Positions 26,612 to 32,000 of a stretch of DNA of 32,000 nt are shown in pieces. This stretch comes from Schaalia meyeri (lineage in GTDB: Bacteria > Actinomycetota > Actinomycetes > Actinomycetales > Actinomycetaceae). How positions within the stretch are numbered: the stretch's first letter is position 1; the number at the start of each line of letters is the position of its first letter. The stretch lies in contig NZ_FNLK01000008.1 of assembly GCF_900105015.1 (NCBI RefSeq), positions 1-32,000 of the forward strand. The letters are read 5' to 3'. The notes below the pieces were generated by a model. That model was not told where the DNA came from. It searched no databases and was given only the letters and a program-made list of their open reading frames with translations. Made by a program: the position numbers and the translations under genes.

Positions 26612-27626
26612 GTTAAAGAAAGTCCTTGCCGCCGCCTGCGCGGCCACCACAGCGCTCGCCCTGTCCGCATGCTCCTCCACGGCCTCGTCTACAGGCAGCT
26701 CTGGCACCGGCACGGACGGCACCCTGGCCGTCATGGCTTCCTTCTATCCCCTGAAGTACCTGACCGAGCAGATCGGTGGCGAGCACGTCACCGTCACCTC
26801 GCTGACCCCCGACGGCGCGGAGCCGCACGACCTCGAGCTCTCCCCCAAGATGGTTGGCGCCCTGTCCTCCTCCGACGCAGTCGTCTACCTCGCGGGGTTC
26901 CAGAGCGCGGTTGACGAAGCCATCGAGCAGCAGGGCCCCAAGACCGTCATTGACGTCTCTTCCGCCGCCAAGCTGGTCGAAGCCGGCGCCGACGCCAACC
27001 ACCCCGCCGAGGCAGAAAACGAGGAGGGACAGTCCGGCGATACCCACGACCACGAGGGACATGACCACGACCACGAGGGGCACGACCATGCGGGTCACGA
27101 TCACGACATGACGACGGACCCTCACTTCTGGTTGGACCCGGTGCGCATGGCAAGCGCCGCGACCCTGGTGGGCGACAAGCTCGCCGAAGCCGATGCCGCC
27201 CACGCCGATGCCTATAAGGCAAACGCGAAGGCCCTCGCCCAACAGATGACCGCCCTCGGGGATACACTCGTGTCCAAGACCTCCTCCTGCCAGGTGAAGA
27301 CCTTCGTCACCGCCCACACCGCATTCGGCTACCTGGCCGACCGAGCGGGCCTGACCCAGGTCGGAATCTCCGGCCTAGATCCCGACTCTTCCCCCTCCCA
27401 GGCGCGCCTGGCGCAGATCGCCCAGATCGCCAAGGAACGAGGCGTGACGACCATCTTCACCGAGGCCCTCATTGACCCGAAGGTTGCCCAGACCCTTGCC
27501 GACGACCTAGGAATCACGACTGCCGTCCTGGATCCCATCGAGTCTCAGACCGACGCATCCAAGGATTACGCAGCGACCATGAACGATAACATTGACGCAC
27601 TGACGAAAGCGCTCAAGTGTCAGTGA
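26595..27626 (+). CDS. znuA: Zinc ABC transporter substrate-binding lipoprotein
   Basis: Lipobox LALSAC, a cluster A-I SBP fold, and the His/Asp-rich loop HDHEGHDHDHEGHDHAGHDHD characteristic of ZnuA. The true start may be ATG 26610 (MLKKVLAAA...). Confidence 0.85.
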   Translation: MRKILMLKKVLAAACAATTALALSACSSTASSTGSSGTGTDGTLAVMASFYPLKYLTEQIGGEHVTVTSLTPDGAEPHDLELSPKMVGALSSSDAVVYLAGFQSAVDEAIEQQGPKTVIDVSSAAKLVEAGADANHPAEAENEEGQSGDTHDHEGHDHDHEGHDHAGHDHDMTTDPHFWLDPVRMASAATLVGDKLAEADAAHADAYKANAKALAQQMTALGDTLVSKTSSCQVKTFVTAHTAFGYLADRAGLTQVGISGLDPDSSPSQARLAQIAQIAKERGVTTIFTEALIDPKVAQTLADDLGITTAVLDPIESQTDASKDYAATMNDNIDALTKALKCQ

Positions 27627-28465
27627 CGACGGCGAAGGTCGATTCGACGGCGGGAGTCTCCATCGCGGAGGCGACCGCCGTCGTGCGTCTCAATAACCTG
27701 CACGTGGCGTGGGACACGGACCTGATCCTGCACGGAATCACGCTCGATATCACCGCCGGCCAAACCGTCGCCATCACCGGCTCCAACGGTTCGGGCAAAT
27801 CCACCACGTTACAGGCGCTCCTGGGCAACGCCCCCATCACGAGCGGAGACGCCCAGCTCTTCGGACGCTCCATCGCCTCTCGGCGGCACGTCCCGTGGAA
27901 GAAGATCGGCTACGTTCCCCAGCGTGTCTCCTCGGGCGGCGCGGTCAGTTCCAGCGCGATCGAGGTCGTACGATCCGGCTTGCTCGGGCCGACGCGCCTG
28001 TGGGCGCTGCCCGGAGACACCGCTCGCGCCATGGAGGCGCTCGAGCGCGTGGGCATGGCCCACCGCGCCCGCACCCCCATGAGCATCCTCTCGGGCGGGC
28101 AGGCCCAACGCGTCCTCATCGCTCGCGCTCTCGTACGCTCCCCCGAACTGCTCATCATGGACGAACCGATGGCGGGCATCGACGCCGCATCACGCGCCAG
28201 GCTGTCCTCCATCGTCGCCGACGCGCGGGAAGCCGGAACCACGATCATCATCGTGCTGCACGAGCTGGGCCAGCTGGGCCCCCTCCTCGACCGAGAACTG
28301 CACCTCAGCGCCGGACACGTCTCTTACGATGGGCCACCGCACATCACCGAGGATCGCCAGCAACACCACGCGGGCGGCGATCACTGCCACCCCACCGGGC
28401 AATCTCCGGCAGCGCGGGCAGACCGCGGCCTCGTCGGTGGGATCTGGACGGAGAACCATGATTGA
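27617..28465 (+). CDS. znuC: Zinc ABC transporter ATP-binding protein
   Basis: Walker A GSNGSGKST, signature LSGGQAQR and Walker B LLIMDEP. The GTG start at 27617 (or 27623) overlaps the end of znuA. Confidence 0.9.
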   Translation: MSVTTAKVDSTAGVSIAEATAVVRLNNLHVAWDTDLILHGITLDITAGQTVAITGSNGSGKSTTLQALLGNAPITSGDAQLFGRSIASRRHVPWKKIGYVPQRVSSGGAVSSSAIEVVRSGLLGPTRLWALPGDTARAMEALERVGMAHRARTPMSILSGGQAQRVLIARALVRSPELLIMDEPMAGIDAASRARLSSIVADAREAGTTIIIVLHELGQLGPLLDRELHLSAGHVSYDGPPHITEDRQQHHAGGDHCHPTGQSPAARADRGLVGGIWTENHD

Positions 28466-29375
28466 CGCGCTGAGCCCCCTCCTGTCCTCTCCCCTGATGC
28501 AGCGTTCCCTGCTCGCCGCTCTGATCGTCGGCCTGACGGCTCCGATCATCGGCACCTACCTGGTGCACCGCAGGCTCGCGATGCTCGGCGACGGAATCGG
28601 ACACATCTCGCTGACCGGTGTCGCCCTGGGCTGGCTGCTCGGCGCCGTTGCGAACGTCTCTCCCGCCAACTCGTGGGCGGTTCCCGGAGCGATCGTCGTC
28701 TCACTCCTCGGCGCCGTCGCAATCGAGCTGGTTCGCCAAAGCGGCCGCACCTCCGGGGACACGGCACTGGCCATGCTCTTTTACGGGGGCATCGCCGGAG
28801 GCGTCCTGCTCATCGGCCTGGCGGGCGGCACATCCGCACAGCTGAACTCCTACCTGTTCGGGTCAATCTCGACCGTGCGGTGGAGCGACATCACCCTCAT
28901 CACGATCCTCGGGATCGCTATCGTGGCGCTCGGCCTCGGGCTGGCACCCGCGCTCTTTTCAGTGACGAACGACGAGGACTTTGCCCGCTCGACCGGCCTG
29001 CCGGTGCGTACGCTGTCGCTGCTCATTGCCGCCCTGTCAGCCCTCACCGTCGCGGTCGCGATGCGCGTCGTCGGCTCGCTTTTGGTGAGCGCGCTGATGG
29101 TGATTCCCGTGGCGATCGCACAGCTGGCAGCGCGATCATTCCGTTCCACGATGGGCATCGCGATGGCAATCGGCGTCATAATCTGCACATGTGGACTATC
29201 CCTGACGTACTTCGTCGACCTGTCGCCTGGCGCAACCATCGTCGTCGGGGCGATCGGCCTGTACGCGATCGGGTTCGTCATCAGGGCGGTCATCGACCGT
29301 GTCCGCAGGTGTCGCAGGGTTCGCCAAGCCCGCGCCCACAACCAGCACCCCGAGCACCAACACACCCCTCACTGA
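28458..29375 (+). CDS. znuB: Zinc ABC transporter permease
   Basis: Multi-TM ABC-3 family protein (LMQRSLLAALIVGL...LGDGIGH...). ATG 28458 overlaps the znuC stop (ATGATTGA). Confidence 0.9.
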   Translation: MIDALSPLLSSPLMQRSLLAALIVGLTAPIIGTYLVHRRLAMLGDGIGHISLTGVALGWLLGAVANVSPANSWAVPGAIVVSLLGAVAIELVRQSGRTSGDTALAMLFYGGIAGGVLLIGLAGGTSAQLNSYLFGSISTVRWSDITLITILGIAIVALGLGLAPALFSVTNDEDFARSTGLPVRTLSLLIAALSALTVAVAMRVVGSLLVSALMVIPVAIAQLAARSFRSTMGIAMAIGVIICTCGLSLTYFVDLSPGATIVVGAIGLYAIGFVIRAVIDRVRRCRRVRQARAHNQHPEHQHTPH

Positions 29376-29400
29376 GGGCACCACGGGAGAGGGAAAATAC

Positions 29401-29799
29401 ATGCAACGGATGACTAAGCAGCGCCAGGCCGTCCTGGATGAGCTGACGCGCATCAGCGATTTCCGCAGCGCCCAACAGATATTCGAGGACCTGCACGTCC
29501 GAGGACACCGGGTGGGGCTGGCGACCGTGTACCGTTCGCTACAGGGCCTCGCGGAGGACGGCAGGGTTGATACGCTGCGTTCCTCCGACGGCGAGACCCT
29601 CTATCGATCCTGCACGACCCGCCACCATCACCACCACCTGGTGTGCCGAGAGTGCGGATTCGCGGAAGAGATCGAACCGTCACAGATCGAATCCTGGGTG
29701 GACAGCATCGCGGCTGCCACCGGATTCAGCGACGTCGAACACTCCTTCGAGCTGTTCGGAGTGTGCTCGTCGTGCCAGGGCAGGCACGCAACCCGCTGA
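29401..29799 (+). CDS. zur: Fur-family zinc uptake regulator
   Basis: 132 aa. It has MTKQRQAVLDEL, a winged helix (ATVYRSLQGL), a His run before the first CxxC (HHHHHLVCRECG) and a C-terminal CSSC. It is the last gene of the znu operon, and GGGAGAGGGA lies upstream of the ATG. Confidence 0.85.
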   Translation: MQRMTKQRQAVLDELTRISDFRSAQQIFEDLHVRGHRVGLATVYRSLQGLAEDGRVDTLRSSDGETLYRSCTTRHHHHHLVCRECGFAEEIEPSQIESWVDSIAAATGFSDVEHSFELFGVCSSCQGRHATR

Positions 29800-29806
29800 C
29801 GGCTGA

Positions 29807-29866
29807 GACAAACGAAACTTCACCGCCGACCACAATCGTATTAGGATAGGCTTCGTTTCGTTTGTC
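29807..29866. repeat. AT-rich 12-bp perfect inverted repeat GACAAACGAAAC / GTTTCGTTTGTC with a 36-nt spacer
   Basis: The arms are at 29807-29818 and 29855-29866. The repeat starts 8 nt after the zur stop and ends 17 nt before the GTG of the DedA-like gene. It is unusually AT-rich for this genome, and no U-tract follows. Confidence 0.5.
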
Positions 29867-29882
29867 ATCCTCTGGGGGTTAC

Positions 29883-30425
29883 GTGCACACTGCGGGTATC
29901 GATTCCTTGGTCCCGGCCTTCGCCCGGGACGGCATCTGGCTTTTCGTCTTCCTCTTCTTCGTCGTCTTCTCACGCGCGCAGCTGACTTATTGGCTCGCGC
30001 GCGGCGCGGCATCCGGGGCACTGCGAGCCTCGGGACGCGGGGGCCTCCTGGGGGGCATCGCCAACTGGTTCGACGGCCCGATCCCCCGCAAGGGCGCGAA
30101 GATGCTCGACCGGTGGGGCCTGATCATCATTCCCCTGTGTTTCCTGACGGTCGGCGTGCAAACGGCGGTCAATGCGGGCGCCGGGCTGGTGCGCATGCGC
30201 TGGAGCACCTACACGGTCGCCATGGTGCCGGGGTGCGTCATCTGGGCACTCCTGTACGGCCTCGGCATGCTGGCGGTATTTGCGGCCGCGGTCCGCGCGG
30301 TGGCCGGTTCTCCGTGGGGCTGGGCGGGGCTGGCGCTGATCGCCGGGATGATCGCCGCCAAGATCGCCTACAGTCGTCGCAGGCGCCACTCATCCGAACC
30401 GGCGCTGCAAACAGAAAACGCCTAG
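29883..30425 (+). CDS. DedA/VTT-domain-like membrane protein
   Basis: The C-terminal half (FLTVGVQTAVNAGAGLVRMRWSTYTVAMVPGCVIWALLYGLG) resembles the DedA motif F.PG.RT....AG..RM....F. I prefer GTG 29883 over TTG 29862, which lies inside the inverted repeat. Confidence 0.55.
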   Translation: MHTAGIDSLVPAFARDGIWLFVFLFFVVFSRAQLTYWLARGAASGALRASGRGGLLGGIANWFDGPIPRKGAKMLDRWGLIIIPLCFLTVGVQTAVNAGAGLVRMRWSTYTVAMVPGCVIWALLYGLGMLAVFAAAVRAVAGSPWGWAGLALIAGMIAAKIAYSRRRRHSSEPALQTENA

Positions 30426-31246
30426 GCCCTGGACGCGCGCTCGACTGCCCCGCCGAAGCGCCGCTCGCGTCCGGTAAACTCCTCCAGGCACCCCCACAGT
30501 TCCTCGCGGTCAAACGCGGGCCAGGGGGTGTCGACGAACATCATCTCGGCGTACGCCATCTGCCACAGCAGGTAGTTGGAGATCCTTAGCTCGCCCGAGG
30601 TCCGAATCATGAGGTCTACGTTGGGCACATCGGGCAGGTAGAGGTGACGCGCCAGCGTCTTCTCGGTGACACCGCGGGGGCTGAGTCGGCCGGAAGCCAC
30701 CTCCCCGGCGATCGAGCGCGCAGCATCGACCAGCTCGGCCCTGCCTCCATAGTTGACGCACATGACGAGGTCCAGAGTGGAGCAGTGCGACGTGGCTCGG
30801 TCCGCCTTCTCCAGGGCGTTGATGACGCTCTTCCAGAGCCTCGGGCGTCGCCCGCTCCACCGGACGTGGACCCCCCACTCGGCGAGCTGGTCGGTCCGCC
30901 TCGCGAGCACGTCGGAAGCGTAGTTCATGATGAAAGAGACCTCGGCGGGCGAACGCTTCCAGTTTTCGGTCGAGAAGGTGTAGACGCTCAGGTACCGCAC
31001 GCCGACGTCGATTGCCCCGGCAATCGTGTCCATGAGGGCGTACTCCCCCGCCCGATGGCCTTCGGTTCGGGCCAGGCCGCGGCCGTTAGCCCACCGGCCG
31101 TTTCCATCCATGATGAGGGCGACGTGGTCGGGGATCTCGCCGCGCCCAAAGTCGGGCGCGCTGCGATGCCATTGACCGGGTCCCAGCAGCGGCGCCGAGG
31201 GGTCGGTGGGGGCGCGGTCCATGGGGGTGGGGCGCGCGTGGGTCAT
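30422..31246 (-). CDS. uppS: Isoprenyl transferase (undecaprenyl/Z-prenyl diphosphate synthase family)
   Basis: HVALIMDGNGRWA, LSVYTFSTENWKRS, and the C-terminal RISNYLLWQMAYAEMMF and ERRFG motifs. ATG 31246 overlaps the recO TGA as ATGA (31243-31246). Confidence 0.95.
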   Translation of the reverse strand: MTHARPTPMDRAPTDPSAPLLGPGQWHRSAPDFGRGEIPDHVALIMDGNGRWANGRGLARTEGHRAGEYALMDTIAGAIDVGVRYLSVYTFSTENWKRSPAEVSFIMNYASDVLARRTDQLAEWGVHVRWSGRRPRLWKSVINALEKADRATSHCSTLDLVMCVNYGGRAELVDAARSIAGEVASGRLSPRGVTEKTLARHLYLPDVPNVDLMIRTSGELRISNYLLWQMAYAEMMFVDTPWPAFDREELWGCLEEFTGRERRFGGAVERASRA

Positions 31247-31983
31247 GGGTGGCTCCTGTCGATGAGGGTCAGTGAGCGGAGGCGACGTTCGAGGTGCCAT
31301 TGAGTGTACGACGAGATGAGGCCCGTGGCCTCATCTCGCGCGTAGGATTCGCACCGGTCCGCGAATTCCCAGTCTCCGCTGAGAAGGTGGCCGAGCAGGG
31401 CGAGCGTATCGGGCGCCGGGGAGGAAGCGCCGGGGGGACGGCACGCGTCGCAGACGGTACCGCCTTCCGGGATCGAGAAAGACGCGTGCGGCCCCGCCTT
31501 CCCGCAGACGGCGCAGTCGAAGCACGAGGGCGCCCACCCCGCCAGGGCGAGCGCACGCAGGGTGTAGGAGGTTCGGATCAGGGTCGGATCGTGCCTGCGG
31601 CGCGCCATGGCGTTGAGGGCACCCAGGAGCAGGAGGTACTGCGAGTGGGTGCCGTCGGTGGCGTCAGCCGTGAGACGTTCGGCGGTTTCAACGATGACGG
31701 TGGCTGCCAGATAGAGGTCGTAGTTCGCCGCGATCGCGTCGCCGTATTGGGCGATGGAGACAACCTGCGTCAGGGTGTCGAGGGTGCGCCCGCGATGAAG
31801 TTGCGCGTCGATGACGCAGAAGGGTTCGACGCGCGCACCGAACTTGGAGGTCGTTCTCCGTACGCCCTTGGCCACGACTCGGATCTGACCGTGTTCAGCG
31901 GTGAGCAGCGTGATGATGCGATCCGCTTCACCCAGCTTGTGGGTGCGCAGGACGATCGCCTCGTCTCGGTAGGACTTCATCAC
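31243..31983 (-). CDS. recO: DNA repair protein RecO
   Basis: N-terminal OB-fold sequence YRDEAIVLRTHKLGEADRIITLLTAEHGQIRVVAKGVRR and a Cys-rich zinc motif (CFDCAVCG...CDAC). The recO-uppS order is conserved in Actinobacteria. Confidence 0.9.
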   Translation of the reverse strand: MMKSYRDEAIVLRTHKLGEADRIITLLTAEHGQIRVVAKGVRRTTSKFGARVEPFCVIDAQLHRGRTLDTLTQVVSIAQYGDAIAANYDLYLAATVIVETAERLTADATDGTHSQYLLLLGALNAMARRRHDPTLIRTSYTLRALALAGWAPSCFDCAVCGKAGPHASFSIPEGGTVCDACRPPGASSPAPDTLALLGHLLSGDWEFADRCESYARDEATGLISSYTQWHLERRLRSLTLIDRSHP

Positions 31984-32000
31984 GGCATCATTGTGTCACG

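Noticed and set aside
29660-29700. A tRNA-like T-loop motif (complement of GATCGAACCG, i.e. CGGTTCGATC)
   Set aside because: It lies inside the well-supported zur coding sequence, and no acceptor or anticodon stems can be formed around it. I found no tRNA genes in the window.
1-32000. CRISPR arrays, insertion sequences, integrases, toxin-antitoxin pairs and prophage remnants
   Set aside because: No regularly spaced direct repeats, no terminal inverted repeats flanking an ORF, and no transposase- or integrase-like translations appear in the six-frame track. All sizeable ORFs are accounted for by the genes listed.

Overview
This is a high-GC (roughly 62-72% in hand-counted lines) actinobacterial chromosomal segment, densely packed with about 27 protein-coding genes. 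The gene content suggests an Actinomycetaceae-like organism, but that is only an inference. I found no rRNA, tRNA, CRISPR array, transposase, integrase or phage genes.

Gene order, left to right:
- class I glutamine amidotransferase (+)
- manA, then a cydC/cydD-type ABC exporter pair and ilvE (all -)
- a conserved hypothetical (+)
- dgt-dnaG-luxS followed by a TraX-like membrane protein (all -)
- a sugar PTS EIIBCA (+)
- glyQS-dus-aroD, with a type I aroD (-)
- a YtrA-type GntR / ABC ATPase / membrane protein cassette (-)
- a malEFG-like sugar ABC operon (-) with a divergent LacI-family regulator (+)
- znuA-znuC-znuB-zur (+)
- a DedA-like membrane protein (+)
- recO-uppS (-)

I see no convincing evidence for a new multi-gene system such as a defence island, mobile element or biosynthetic cluster. 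The window looks like core or near-core genome.

The points most worth a second look:
1. An apparent 1-nt frameshift splits the cydD-like gene.
2. The GntR-ABC-membrane cassette is uncharacterised, has ATGA-coupled junctions and a promoter-proximal inverted repeat.
3. GTACGT-containing repeats cluster upstream of an apparently leaderless amidotransferase gene.
4. luxS sits 3 nt behind dnaG.
5. A perfect 27-bp hairpin starts at the aroD stop codon.
6. A Zur-box-like palindrome lies on the znuA start codon.
7. An AT-rich 12-bp inverted repeat lies between zur and dedA.

All coordinates for hairpins and motifs were read by hand and should be recomputed.
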